Shown: piece by piece, positions 39,759-49,385 of the stretch
Layout of the letters: each line of letters opens with the position of its first letter
How positions within the stretch are numbered: the first letter of the stretch is position 1
Source: a virus
Strand: one strand, 5' to 3'
Virus record (IMG/VR): IMGVR_UViG_3300044568_002024
Location: 4,133-68,132 of that record
DNA length: 64,000 nucleotides
The notes under the pieces: model-generated
What the model saw: the letters and a program-made list of their open reading frames with translations, nothing else
The model's database searches: none
Told to the model about the DNA's origin: nothing
Made by a program: the position numbers and the translations under genes

Positions 39759-40182
39759 TATAAATCATATATCACCGGAAGAACTTTCTAAAATAATTAA
39801 ACCGGGAGCGGCTGGTGTTTTAACCATGACCGCCTCCGGTGAATTTCTTTTAACAAAAAGAACATCAAAGGCACATTATCTAGGTGGTCATTGGTCTGTT
39901 CCATCTGGAGAGGTGGATGTTAATAAATTAGAATCAATGGAAGACTGTGCTCGTAGAGAGTTTTTTGAGGAAACAACACATCAGATCCCATTGGATGCAA
40001 AATTAACCTGTATTGATAGATACTTTACAGATGACAGAATATATTTTTTATTTTTGTATAAAGTCAAAAAACGTTTTTTCGTTAAGATAGATTGGGAACA
40101 CGAAGATGTAAATTGGTTCACAAAAGAAAATTTACCACAACCAATATCTTCACAAATTTACGATGCAATACAAAGACTTTGA
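39751..40182 (+). CDS. NUDIX hydrolase
   Basis: WSVPSGEV..E..EDCARREFFEET Nudix box. Confidence 0.88.
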   Translation: MPNINHISPEELSKIIKPGAAGVLTMTASGEFLLTKRTSKAHYLGGHWSVPSGEVDVNKLESMEDCARREFFEETTHQIPLDAKLTCIDRYFTDDRIYFLFLYKVKKRFFVKIDWEHEDVNWFTKENLPQPISSQIYDAIQRL

Positions 40183-40193
40183 TATTTATTATT

Positions 40194-40550
40194 ATGAAAA
40201 ATAACAAAACATATAAAGAATTACAAGATGCGAAATACATCATGGATATGATGAAAGAGGATGTGTTTGGACATAGAGTAACATCGTATTCACCAAAAGA
40301 TACACTTCGTTTGAAAAACAAACTAATGCAACCAACAACTGATGCTGAAAAGGAAATGTTTGTTGCTACGGTTGAACCCCTAATGAAAAGAAAAACATAC
40401 ATATCTCCGGATAAAGATGCATTTCTTGATTCATTTGTTGATTTAGATACCAGAGTCAGTCAAAGAGATTTCAGTCAACCAGAAGATGACATGGATGAGT
40501 TGGATTATTTGTTTGGTGGCATAGAAGATATTTTGGATGATGATGAATAA
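40194..40550 (+). CDS. Hypothetical protein
   Basis: ATG immediately after ATATTTATT motif at 40182. Confidence 0.6.
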   Translation: MKNNKTYKELQDAKYIMDMMKEDVFGHRVTSYSPKDTLRLKNKLMQPTTDAEKEMFVATVEPLMKRKTYISPDKDAFLDSFVDLDTRVSQRDFSQPEDDMDELDYLFGGIEDILDDDE

Positions 40551-40618
40551 ACTGCTTTTTAATTTGAAATAATTTTAGTATATTTGTATATTCTCCGTTG
40601 GAGATATTGGAGATTGTA

Positions 40619-41209
40619 ATGAACCCAATGAAACGAATCATAATCGAAGAAGCTGCTAAAGTTTTGAGAGAAGTGAAAAAACAAAAAAGAGTAAGTCCGG
40701 TTAAGTCTAATTTATTTGAGGCAATAAAAACTGCGGATATAGTTAAGAACAATCCTAAAAAATATAGAATAGCGAAAAAACTTATTGCTATTAGTGAAAA
40801 TAAATTTATCAAAGAAAGAAACCGTCTAAAAGAAGAACATGGTCCAGAGGATGAATCCGAAATGGCAAAGGCACAATTAGCTGCAATCATGGAAAAATCT
40901 AATGAACTTTATAGAATGTTAGACGGAGTATCACATCTTGAAGATTGGTTACAATATAAACTTTCAATCGCAGAAAACTATATTGATGCAGTTCATGGTT
41001 ATATGAAATACTTTAACGGAGGTGAAGAAATGGAATCAGACGAACAGTATGATGATCAATGGGATGATGTTGAAGAAGAAGATTTTAATGACGAAGATGC
41101 GGAATACTATGATGATGAATCCGAAGAAAATTTTGATGATTTCGATGATTATGATTTTGAAGATGATTATGAAGATTTCGATGAAGATGATGAGGAATTT
41201 ATTGTATAA
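40619..41209 (+). CDS. Hypothetical protein with very acidic C-terminal tail
   Basis: ESEMAKAQL, LEDWLQYKL; D/E-rich last ~60 aa; TATATTTG at 40579. Confidence 0.75.
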   Translation: MNPMKRIIIEEAAKVLREVKKQKRVSPVKSNLFEAIKTADIVKNNPKKYRIAKKLIAISENKFIKERNRLKEEHGPEDESEMAKAQLAAIMEKSNELYRMLDGVSHLEDWLQYKLSIAENYIDAVHGYMKYFNGGEEMESDEQYDDQWDDVEEEDFNDEDAEYYDDESEENFDDFDDYDFEDDYEDFDEDDEEFIV

Positions 41210-41228
41210 GTTAAAGGAAGATAAATGA

Positions 41229-41432
41229 ATGGTTGCTGATTTTATATTCGTTGATGGATGGAGATTCTTTTCTTCAAAAGGAAATTACCTATACATAACA
41301 GAAGAAGATTTGAAAAACTATGCAGAAAACGGTTTAACGATAGATGAAATAAAATCAATATCATTTTCTTATCTAACTTCTCAAAATTTATTTGATTTTT
41401 CAGTAGTGGACAACATAGACCATGAATTTTGA
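41229..41432 (+). CDS. Hypothetical protein
   Basis: In-operon ORF. Confidence 0.55.
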   Translation: MVADFIFVDGWRFFSSKGNYLYITEEDLKNYAENGLTIDEIKSISFSYLTSQNLFDFSVVDNIDHEF

Positions 41433-41706
41433 TACAAGAACTGTTATAGACATAATAAATCTAAACAATGATTTCAAAGAATCATTATTTGAATTGATAT
41501 TGGAAGAACAATCAATGATTGATAACACCGATGAATTTCGTGATAAAATTTTCATTGAAACTGTTACGCCAATGGTTAAGAATAAAATAAAAGATTTTTT
41601 GTTTCGTAAGGAATTAACAAAGATGAATTTGGGAATCCTAAAAGGAATAATAAATCTAAACAATGTAGATTACAAATATCTTATTGAAGATGTTACATCG
41701 TTTTAA
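41422..41706 (+). CDS. Hypothetical protein
   Basis: In-operon ORF. Confidence 0.6.
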   Translation: MNFDTRTVIDIINLNNDFKESLFELILEEQSMIDNTDEFRDKIFIETVTPMVKNKIKDFLFRKELTKMNLGILKGIINLNNVDYKYLIEDVTSF

Positions 41707-41720
41707 CAAAAGGTTTTGAA

Positions 41721-41903
41721 ATGAATAAGTTTTTTGAATTTCTTTCGATGGGAATTGTTACACCCATCTTCTATCTTATTTACTCTTTATTTGCAATCAT
41801 ATTTACATTTGCTTTAGGATTACCCATTGCTATTGGGATATACTTTATACAAATGGTTATGAACTGGATATTTGAAGGAGGTTTTTATCATGCCAACTTA
41901 TGA
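41721..41903 (+). CDS. Small membrane protein
   Basis: Two hydrophobic segments, AAGG SD. Confidence 0.6.
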   Translation: MNKFFEFLSMGIVTPIFYLIYSLFAIIFTFALGLPIAIGIYFIQMVMNWIFEGGFYHANL

Positions 41904-42081
41904 TTTTGAATGTGACAAATGTGGTAGAATTGACGAATACTATGTCCCACTAACAAATTCCGTTCCGGATAAATGTGCTTGTGGAAAAAATCCAAAACTA
42001 AATAAATTAGAATCTTTCTCAAAGAGTAAAGCAATACTCAATACAGATGGATTCTATGAAACAGATTACAAAAATAAGTGA
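41890..42081 (+). CDS. FmdB-family zinc-ribbon protein
   Basis: MPTYDFECDKCG..CACG..GFYETDYK; AAGGAGG SD. Confidence 0.85.
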   Translation: MPTYDFECDKCGRIDEYYVPLTNSVPDKCACGKNPKLNKLESFSKSKAILNTDGFYETDYKNK

Positions 42082-42088
42082 GGTTACT

Positions 42089-42421
42089 ATGAATTATCCC
42101 AAACATAGACTGGGAAAAAATGTTGTGGTTAGATTGGCACCACAAGTTGGCGTTATGGAATGTGAACTTAGACATTTGATTAGGGCATTTGGACAACCAA
42201 CATTCTCAACTGAATCAGGTGATGATTTTGATGGTGTAGAAAAGGTTGCATGGCATATTGAATTTGAAACTGGTCATGTTGCTAAAATATCAGATGTTCG
42301 CCCATTTGGTTTGCATGAAATGCAAATCAACAGCATAAAAGAATGGAAAGTAAATGCACATGATGAGCAAGTATACGAGTGGATAAAAGAAAAGATTAGG
42401 GATGCCAACCCAATGGGTTAA
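42089..42421 (+). CDS. Hypothetical phage protein
   Basis: LIRAFGQP..KVAWHIEF; GAGG SD. Confidence 0.7.
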   Translation: MNYPKHRLGKNVVVRLAPQVGVMECELRHLIRAFGQPTFSTESGDDFDGVEKVAWHIEFETGHVAKISDVRPFGLHEMQINSIKEWKVNAHDEQVYEWIKEKIRDANPMG

Positions 42422-42428
42422 TTTTTGT

Positions 42429-42459
42429 TTTGATCTTATCTTCAAATTTGTTATATTAG
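42429..42459 (+). promoter_or_regulatory. Bacteroidota-type promoter variant
   Basis: TTTGATCTT..TATATTAG, 19-bp spacer. Confidence 0.65.
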
Positions 42460-42492
42460 TATAGTTAATAATTTTCAAAAGGAGTTTAGACA

Positions 42493-42909
42493 ATGAGATA
42501 TATCATTGCCTTATTCCTCGCAGTTGGCATATTAACTGCGAGTGACACCAAGACACATCTACATAAATGTTGTGTGAGTGGTGGTAATAGTAATGCAACA
42601 CTTGGTCAAGTTGTTGCAGGTTTCAAGAACGGGTTTCATGTTGGCATTCGTATTCCAAAACGAGTGGCATTGTCCGTAGAAGAAACAAGAAATGTCGATG
42701 GTTTGGTTTATCCGAACCCGTGTTATGGCGTTGCAACTGTTGGTATGGACAATGTTAAATCAATTCAAGTATCTGACCTGTATGGTAAGTTTCTAACAGA
42801 GGGGATTGATGTTTTTACCAGAACTATCACATTCACAAATCGTGGTGTGTATATTGTTAGAGTTACAACAAACTCTAATGTTACTTATTCAACAATTATC
42901 ATTTACTAA
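42493..42909 (+). CDS. Secreted protein with T9SS type A C-terminal sorting domain
   Basis: Signal peptide; VYPNP, IQVSDLYGK, GVYIVRV, TIIIY. Confidence 0.75.
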   Translation: MRYIIALFLAVGILTASDTKTHLHKCCVSGGNSNATLGQVVAGFKNGFHVGIRIPKRVALSVEETRNVDGLVYPNPCYGVATVGMDNVKSIQVSDLYGKFLTEGIDVFTRTITFTNRGVYIVRVTTNSNVTYSTIIIY

Positions 42910-42929
42910 TTTTAAGAGGTTTTATTACA

Positions 42930-44105
42930 ATGCGTTATTTTATTTTGGCACTTGTTGCTCTCGTTTCGTTTAATGCTTTCGCTGGAACAAACATTCAATA
43001 TCAGGCACATGCACCTGCTGGTTCACCAACCGAAACAAAGTTTTCTATCTACATTGCAGATAGTTCTTTCGATGAAAACTCACATCTTAATTCCAATGCA
43101 CTTTGGTATCGTGAGAATGAAAACATTGAAATCAACAATGGTATTATCAATTATCTTATTGAGAATGTTGCAGATAACATTTTGATTGATAACTATGGTA
43201 AGAAATTGTTTGTATATGCGTATGTAGATGGTGTATCACTCGGTAGATTACAGATTCGTAGTGTTCCATACTCACTTCTTTCAACTTATTCATTGGAAGC
43301 TGCTGAGGCAAAACATTCACAAACATCCGATAAAGCTAAATTGTCAGATAGTTCAAAGAAATCTGCCCATGCTGTTAATTCAAATCGTTCACTAACTGCT
43401 GAATATGCAGACTCAACTGCAGTCAGTAACCGTTCAAATACAAGTGGATATTCAGATACAAGTAGAGCCGCTGGTAAGGCAACTCTTTCAGACTTGGCAA
43501 CCTATGCTTCAACGGCTGCACATTCTGCCAAGTCCGATACTGCAAGATATGCTTTAGATGCAGGTCATGCTTTTGATGCAGACACATCAGTATTTGCGTA
43601 TGATGCAGACCATGCTAATTTTGCATCAACATCTGCATTTGCAACAAATTCTGCTCGTTCAGTTCTTGCAGATACGGCAAAAACATTGGTTGATAATTCA
43701 ATAGAACATCGTAACTTTCAACCAGAATCCGTTAGACTTTCATCACTTGAAGGAAGTTCAACTGCTCCCGTTGGTTCATACGCAGTTCGTGGAACTAACG
43801 GAATTTCGTGGGAAGTTAATCCACAACACAGAACAAGTAATGTTCAAGTCTATACCGCCGCCCCAACAAGTATTCCTGGAGATACACGATGGATTGTCAG
43901 TCGTGTTGCGGTCGATTACAACATTACATCACCTACAAATCCAGTTGTTGGTCAGCTCATTTCCATCTTCAATGGTTCAACTGCAAATACAGTTACTCTT
44001 TTGAACTCGGTATGGAATTTCGATACTGCAATGATTTATGCTATTTATCCAAACCAATCAAGAACACTTTGGTTCAATGGAACCAATTGGGTAGTTGTAG
44101 AATAA
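42930..44105 (+). CDS. Secreted fibre-like protein with Ala/Ser/Thr/Asp repeats
   Basis: Signal peptide, IQYQA, SVPYSL, ~140 aa of ADSA/SDTA-type repeats. Confidence 0.7.
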   Translation: MRYFILALVALVSFNAFAGTNIQYQAHAPAGSPTETKFSIYIADSSFDENSHLNSNALWYRENENIEINNGIINYLIENVADNILIDNYGKKLFVYAYVDGVSLGRLQIRSVPYSLLSTYSLEAAEAKHSQTSDKAKLSDSSKKSAHAVNSNRSLTAEYADSTAVSNRSNTSGYSDTSRAAGKATLSDLATYASTAAHSAKSDTARYALDAGHAFDADTSVFAYDADHANFASTSAFATNSARSVLADTAKTLVDNSIEHRNFQPESVRLSSLEGSSTAPVGSYAVRGTNGISWEVNPQHRTSNVQVYTAAPTSIPGDTRWIVSRVAVDYNITSPTNPVVGQLISIFNGSTANTVTLLNSVWNFDTAMIYAIYPNQSRTLWFNGTNWVVVE

Positions 44106-44139
44106 TATCTCAATAACCATGTGTTAATGGAGTTACGAA

Positions 44140-44170
44140 GTCGCCAGATTATCTCTGGCGATTTCTGTTT
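44140..44170 (+). terminator. Rho-independent terminator
   Basis: TCGCCAGA-TTATC-TCTGGCGA then TTTCTGTTT. Confidence 0.8.
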
Positions 44171-44219
44171 ATATCCAATGTTTACATATTTATATGTACC
44201 TTAAACATGGGAGACCTTA

Positions 44220-44855
44220 ATGGCACAACTAAATGCAAATACTCCTTATGTACAATGTTACATAAGAAAAGAAATAACAGGTTATGATAAACACTTACAC
44301 GGTTACATATTCGGTGTAAAATCTATGTTAAATTATCCTATGCTATTTCATTTTCAGAGTGAGATTGGTGCTATATTTTGGAATATGCCAATTAGTGCAT
44401 TCTTTCATAAAGAAAATTTCGATATACTATCAGACAATGAACAAAAGAGATTACAGTTATTACAGACTTGGGATTGTCAATCAACGGCAATATCAGTTTG
44501 TTGTTTCAAATTCTTACAACATAAAAGAGTAGATATTTTTTGTAGAGATAAAAAATGGCGCAGTGGAATATATCATTTTACAATAGATGATTACTATACG
44601 GATCCTAATGAAATTCATGTTGGTTATTCACAAGACATGGATAGTAAGTGTTATCATTTTATAGAAATGGAAGATGGAAACTTCTGTATTCATCCAAACA
44701 ATCTATTAAGATGGCACAATCCAGATTTCGTTGTTCCATATGATAAGAACAAACCACCTAAAATACGAATTAACAATCCACTAATGTCAAGTGAAGATAT
44801 TGACCGCAGTTATGGAAATACTGCTTATTACTTTTACAACAATGAAGTTGATTGA
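44220..44855 (+). CDS. Hypothetical phage protein
   Basis: CYIRKE, GAIFWNMPISAF, QTWDC, PNNLLRW; ATATTTATA at 44186. Confidence 0.75.
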   Translation: MAQLNANTPYVQCYIRKEITGYDKHLHGYIFGVKSMLNYPMLFHFQSEIGAIFWNMPISAFFHKENFDILSDNEQKRLQLLQTWDCQSTAISVCCFKFLQHKRVDIFCRDKKWRSGIYHFTIDDYYTDPNEIHVGYSQDMDSKCYHFIEMEDGNFCIHPNNLLRWHNPDFVVPYDKNKPPKIRINNPLMSSEDIDRSYGNTAYYFYNNEVD

Positions 44856-44906
44856 TTTGTAAATTATTACATATTTATATGTGATATATTATTAACGGAG
44901 TATTTA

Positions 44907-45290
44907 ATGAAAGATTTGGTAAACGAGGGAAGACATTTACAAGATAAATTCAAAGACAAATTGAAAGAGGAATTAACGGGTCCTTCAAAGGCAGATATTC
45001 ACTATAAAATAAATCATCCAGTTCTTACTATACTAACCATACAGGATGACAAATCTGCATTTTCTGGTAATAGAGGAACAACTCGTATGCAAATTGTGTT
45101 TGGATTGAAGTCTCCTGCAATTAACACAATGGCTGATCCAGAAATGCTTATGCGTGATGCTTCAAAAATTGCCAGAGATATATGTGGTAAACTTGATAAC
45201 TACAATACAACTCATAATTCAGGTAGACCACAACAACAAGGAAATAATATAATAGTTCCGGTTAGAGTTGAACACTGGACAGGTGATTGA
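44907..45290 (+). CDS. Hypothetical protein (MKDLVNEGR leader)
   Basis: ATATTTATA at 44871, GGAG SD. Confidence 0.7.
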   Translation: MKDLVNEGRHLQDKFKDKLKEELTGPSKADIHYKINHPVLTILTIQDDKSAFSGNRGTTRMQIVFGLKSPAINTMADPEMLMRDASKIARDICGKLDNYNTTHNSGRPQQQGNNIIVPVRVEHWTGD

Positions 45291-45291
45291 T

Positions 45292-45612
45292 ATGAAAGAC
45301 TTAGTAAATGATGGTAGAAAATTACAAGATAACTTTCGTAAAAAATTATTGAAAGAAGATGTATTTCAAGATTTGGGAATATCACTTTCACCAAAAGCAA
45401 AAGAAGAAGTATTAACTAACAGACTCACAAACAATCCGCAATACATTAGTGCAGTTCAACACGAATGGGATTTTTTTAGTGTTAATGAAAAAGAAGCAAA
45501 ATCGGAAGATGTTGCAATGATGTTAGAAAAATTAAGAAAAAATAATTGGAACAACACACCAGAAGATTGGGCTAAACTTCATGTAACAGAATTTTTTGCA
45601 AACAAGGAGTGA
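45292..45612 (+). CDS. Hypothetical protein (MKDLVNDGR leader)
   Basis: N-terminus paralogous to 44907. Confidence 0.7.
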   Translation: MKDLVNDGRKLQDNFRKKLLKEDVFQDLGISLSPKAKEEVLTNRLTNNPQYISAVQHEWDFFSVNEKEAKSEDVAMMLEKLRKNNWNNTPEDWAKLHVTEFFANKE

Positions 45613-46223
45613 GTGAAATGGATATTGGTAAATTGAACGGTAAAATTCCAGATATTGTCTATGATGAAATACAATCTGTGATAAATACTTTTTTAATAAA
45701 TACACCAATTAGATTGTCACATTTTCTCGGCCAATGTGCACATGAAAGTGGAAATTTTAAGTTTATATCTGAAAATCTAAATTATTCAACCAAAGGTTTG
45801 ATTGCAACATTTCCAAAGTATTTCAAACAACCAGGACTTGCAGAAGCATATGCCAGAAATCCTGAAAGGATTGCATCAAGAGTTTATGCAGATAGAATGG
45901 GTAACGGCGTTGAAGGTAGTGGGGATGGCTGGAAATTTAGAGGCAGAGGTTACATACAATTAACAGGTAAAAATAACTACTTTGCATTTGATAAGTTTGT
46001 AAATGAAGATATTGTATCAAATCCAAATTTGGTTGCAAGTAAATATCCCTTATTATCTGCAGGTTGGTTTTTTCATAAGAACAAATTGAATAGTATTTCA
46101 GATAAAGGTTTGACTGAGCAGGTTATATTAGAATTGACTAAAAGAATAAACGGTGGAACTAATGGATTACAAGACCGTATAAAATACACAATAAAGTTTG
46201 GTAAAATACTTGGAGTAATTTGA
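45609..46223 (+). CDS. GH19 chitinase-like endolysin
   Basis: HFLGQCAHESG, FRGRGYIQLTGKNNY, TKRINGGTNGL. Confidence 0.92.
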   Translation: MSEMDIGKLNGKIPDIVYDEIQSVINTFLINTPIRLSHFLGQCAHESGNFKFISENLNYSTKGLIATFPKYFKQPGLAEAYARNPERIASRVYADRMGNGVEGSGDGWKFRGRGYIQLTGKNNYFAFDKFVNEDIVSNPNLVASKYPLLSAGWFFHKNKLNSISDKGLTEQVILELTKRINGGTNGLQDRIKYTIKFGKILGVI

Positions 46224-46224
46224 A

Positions 46225-47457
46225 ATGAATAGAAAAAATGATATGTCCCTTGTTAAATTACTGAAAGAGATAATGATTTCAGAGGGAGATACATCTGGCT
46301 CAACTGATGCAGAAAATGTATTAGCAATTCTTATGAGTAATCAAGGAATGACGAAAGAAGAATTTGCTAAATTTTACAAAACAAAAAATGTAGATGCTGT
46401 ATTTTTGAAAGATTATTTTGCAAGATTTCTGAATGGAAAGCCAATTGATGTTTATTACGGAGCCATTAAGAATATAAAGGCTGAAAAATTACCAGTAAAC
46501 GCAAAACAGGTTGGTGATGCTAATTTTGGAACAACCCAAATGTGGCAATCATATGGGGGTATCAAGTCTGTTCGTTCAAAGGCAGATGTAATAGGACAAG
46601 GAGTAACATATTCTGTAAAAAATGCAAGCACACAGGTTAGAGTTCTTGATGCATCTGCTCCACAGATAATAGCGTTGATTCATTGTGCCATGGATAAAAC
46701 TAAAAACACTCAAAAGGTTAGAGAGACTATTAGGAAAAGATTGACAACACTAAAAGAATTATCCAATGAAGAAGGCGCAAAATTGTCAAGAATGTTTGGT
46801 GGAAAAAAATATGGACTCGGTGAATTGAGAAAACTACTTGATACAAATATGAAGGCATTGATTAAACAATACGATGACAATACCGCTGAAATGAATGTTG
46901 AGATTGAAGCAATTTTTGATCAAATTCAAAGTGAAAAAGATTTCAAAGATGCATTTATTTATGAATCATTATCCGGAAAAACAATGTTGGGTGAAAATTC
47001 CGATGGTAGAGCAGATGCTATTTTGACATGGACTGCTGATTTTTCACAAGTTAAAAGCCATGACATAAAAGATGTTACAACAAAAATAACTTCCAATTTT
47101 AAGATACCAAAGTTTGCATCAAAAAGTAGTGGTGTTAGAATCACAAAAACTATACAAATGTTTTTTCAAGACACTTCAAAAGAAGTAGACAAATTGGCTA
47201 CACAAGAAAATATATTGATTAAAAAAAGAAATAGTAGACTGATAACAGAGGGTGCCTTTTCTGATTTGTGGAATACATTACAACAGAAAGGAATGGACGT
47301 TATTAAAAAATTGATAAAGGCCATAATGGATTTCATTAAAAAGGTAACGGATAAAATATCAGGCGCCATTACTGATTTGTTATCTGTGTTGGGTTTTGAA
47401 GTTCAAATACAAGGTGATTACAGTTTAGATGCTTCAATAAATTATGAAAGTTTGTGA
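46225..47457 (+). CDS. Hypothetical protein, possible PD-(D/E)XK-like fold; likely virion-packaged
   Basis: SKADV..YSVKN; LLKE..ISEG leader; C-terminal amphipathic helix after LITEG. Confidence 0.6.
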   Translation: MNRKNDMSLVKLLKEIMISEGDTSGSTDAENVLAILMSNQGMTKEEFAKFYKTKNVDAVFLKDYFARFLNGKPIDVYYGAIKNIKAEKLPVNAKQVGDANFGTTQMWQSYGGIKSVRSKADVIGQGVTYSVKNASTQVRVLDASAPQIIALIHCAMDKTKNTQKVRETIRKRLTTLKELSNEEGAKLSRMFGGKKYGLGELRKLLDTNMKALIKQYDDNTAEMNVEIEAIFDQIQSEKDFKDAFIYESLSGKTMLGENSDGRADAILTWTADFSQVKSHDIKDVTTKITSNFKIPKFASKSSGVRITKTIQMFFQDTSKEVDKLATQENILIKKRNSRLITEGAFSDLWNTLQQKGMDVIKKLIKAIMDFIKKVTDKISGAITDLLSVLGFEVQIQGDYSLDASINYESL

Positions 47458-47741
47458 TTATGTTAGATTCGTTTTGGGCAAGTTTGGAGATAGATGATAT
47501 ATCTGATTTAGGATATACGGAAAACTCTCCGTATAAAACACAAGAACAAAAAGAAGATGTATTGGAAAAGATAGATTGGGTGTTACTAAAATTACATAAG
47601 ATAAAAGATAAGAGAAAATATGATTATGATATTGTAACAAGTGTAAAAAACAAAATAAAGTTTAACGATTGTTCATTGACTATTAAGGGTGTGGAATTTC
47701 TTAATTTGATAACGAATGATTTGAAACAGGACATCTTCTAA
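47454..47741 (+). CDS. Hypothetical protein
   Basis: GTGA overlap. Confidence 0.6.
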   Translation: MIMLDSFWASLEIDDISDLGYTENSPYKTQEQKEDVLEKIDWVLLKLHKIKDKRKYDYDIVTSVKNKIKFNDCSLTIKGVEFLNLITNDLKQDIF

Positions 47742-47746
47742 AAAGA

Positions 47747-47773
47747 AAACCCCATGAATTTCATGGGGTTTTT
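47747..47773. terminator. Bidirectional terminator between convergent gene blocks
   Basis: AAACCCCATGA-ATT-TCATGGGGTTT with A and T tracts. Confidence 0.88.
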
Positions 47774-47778
47774 ATTTA

Positions 47779-48942
47779 TCATTCAAATGCTTTACTACCA
47801 ATCAACTTTACTATTTCTTCAAATACTTTTTCAGATTCTTTCATTTCATCAACTTTAATTTTGAATTTATTCAAGTTGTGTTCTATCGCTTGGTCGAATG
47901 TTGATAGGTAAGCATCCCCTTTCTTTTTTCTAATAGTTCCAACCCAAAGAATTGCCTGTATCTCCAATGGTTCCATGTTGAATCTTTCTGCAAGATCATG
48001 TGTCTTTTTTGAAAGATATTGGTAATTACTATTCTTTGCTAGTATCTTTCTTTTTTCTTCTGTATTCAAATGTGGATAGAAGAATGTTGCCATCCAAATG
48101 TCCATTGTAACGGGCATCCAACCTGTTTCTGTTTTGTATGTTGGATCCAAAAGATTAAGACAGAATGATAATATCTTCTCGGATGATATAACTTTCGTGT
48201 CCATCAATGCTCCAGTGTCTTGTCTAATGTGTCTACCTAATTCTTGTGCTAAGTCTGTCTTTTGAAATTGATAACCCTTTTCTTTGTACAGTTTCAATGT
48301 TCTTAATATGTTTGGCAAAACAGTTGGAAGACTTTTGTTACCCTTAATCATTCCCTTAACGGTTGCTAAATTCTTAAATTCATTTCTTTGTTTTATACTT
48401 TGATACAATTCAGAACTTGACATTTGTATCATTCTTAATAATTGTGCTTCTGTTTTTGGATCAGAAAGGTCTCTTTTTATTCCAGTATAAACTTGTGATG
48501 CAAGTTTGAAGTTATCTGATAGTCTTGAAAATGATGCAAAAATTCCTAAGAGAAGAAGAAACAAACAACCATCTGATTCTTCCATTGCTGATAGAATTTT
48601 TGTATTCATTTCTTCATACCATTTTTTTGCTGCTAATCCCAAGTCCACGATTTCTTCAACTCCATCAAAAACGGATTTGTCTATCTTCAAAACATACCCA
48701 CCTTCTTCTAATTCTGCAGATGTCATTTGTAGATATTTTGGTTTTTCTTTTTCTTCCAATTCCATTTCAACAAATGGTGTAACATCTGCACCAACTTGTT
48801 TAGCGAAATCATTTAAGTCTTGAAATTCCTTTGCATCCAATTCAAAACCAACTTCACCACCTTCAAACATTAGAGTGAAACGTTTTTTTCTTTGTTGCAA
48901 AGGTGTTAATTTTTCTTCAATGAGTTTTTTTAATCGTATCAT
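47779..48942 (-). CDS. Hypothetical protein, possible HhH-glycosylase-like fold; MIRLKKLIEE leader
   Basis: KWYEE, EKILSF..NL, PVTMDIWM, EIQAILWV. Confidence 0.55.
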   Translation of the reverse strand: MIRLKKLIEEKLTPLQQRKKRFTLMFEGGEVGFELDAKEFQDLNDFAKQVGADVTPFVEMELEEKEKPKYLQMTSAELEEGGYVLKIDKSVFDGVEEIVDLGLAAKKWYEEMNTKILSAMEESDGCLFLLLLGIFASFSRLSDNFKLASQVYTGIKRDLSDPKTEAQLLRMIQMSSSELYQSIKQRNEFKNLATVKGMIKGNKSLPTVLPNILRTLKLYKEKGYQFQKTDLAQELGRHIRQDTGALMDTKVISSEKILSFCLNLLDPTYKTETGWMPVTMDIWMATFFYPHLNTEEKRKILAKNSNYQYLSKKTHDLAERFNMEPLEIQAILWVGTIRKKKGDAYLSTFDQAIEHNLNKFKIKVDEMKESEKVFEEIVKLIGSKAFE

Positions 48943-49385
48943 TCTATTATCCTTATCATATTTTTGGTGTATAAATAAACTGCAGCTGCAGCTCCTGCCA
49001 TTTTTGCATCTGTTCTTTCCCTCTTAGCAACAATAACAGTTGCCAATATATCACCAGATGGTGAACGCCCTTCTCTAACTCTATTTGATGTATCTATGTT
49101 GGCTATAACTTTTCCAGTTGTACTTTCTCCCAATCTAACGAATGGTGTAACAAATCTTGCAAGTATTCTTCCAGATGGTGACCGTCCTAATCTAATTTTA
49201 TCTCGGTCTATTGTGAGTAGTATATCACCAGATGGTGAACGTCCTTCTCGTATTGAGTTTTCATTAAAGTTTAAGAATATGTTTCCAGATGGAGACCTAC
49301 CTAACTTTATTACATTGGCAACTGGAGTGTTTATGTTGAACCCCAAACCAAATACTTCATTTAATATGTCTTTTAATTTAATCAT
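48939..49385 (-). CDS. Five-repeat beta protein (GRSPSG repeats); MIKLKDILNE leader
   Basis: 19-20 aa repeats; 57-bp DNA period. Confidence 0.7.
   Translation of the reverse strand: MIKLKDILNEVFGLGFNINTPVANVIKLGRSPSGNIFLNFNENSIREGRSPSGDILLTIDRDKIRLGRSPSGRILARFVTPFVRLGESTTGKVIANIDTSNRVREGRSPSGDILATVIVAKRERTDAKMAGAAAAVYLYTKNMIRIIE

Noticed and set aside
41721-41745. MNKFFEF as another clamp-binding peptide
   Set aside because: On a small membrane protein; shows KFF can arise by chance in AT-rich DNA, a caveat for the main finding
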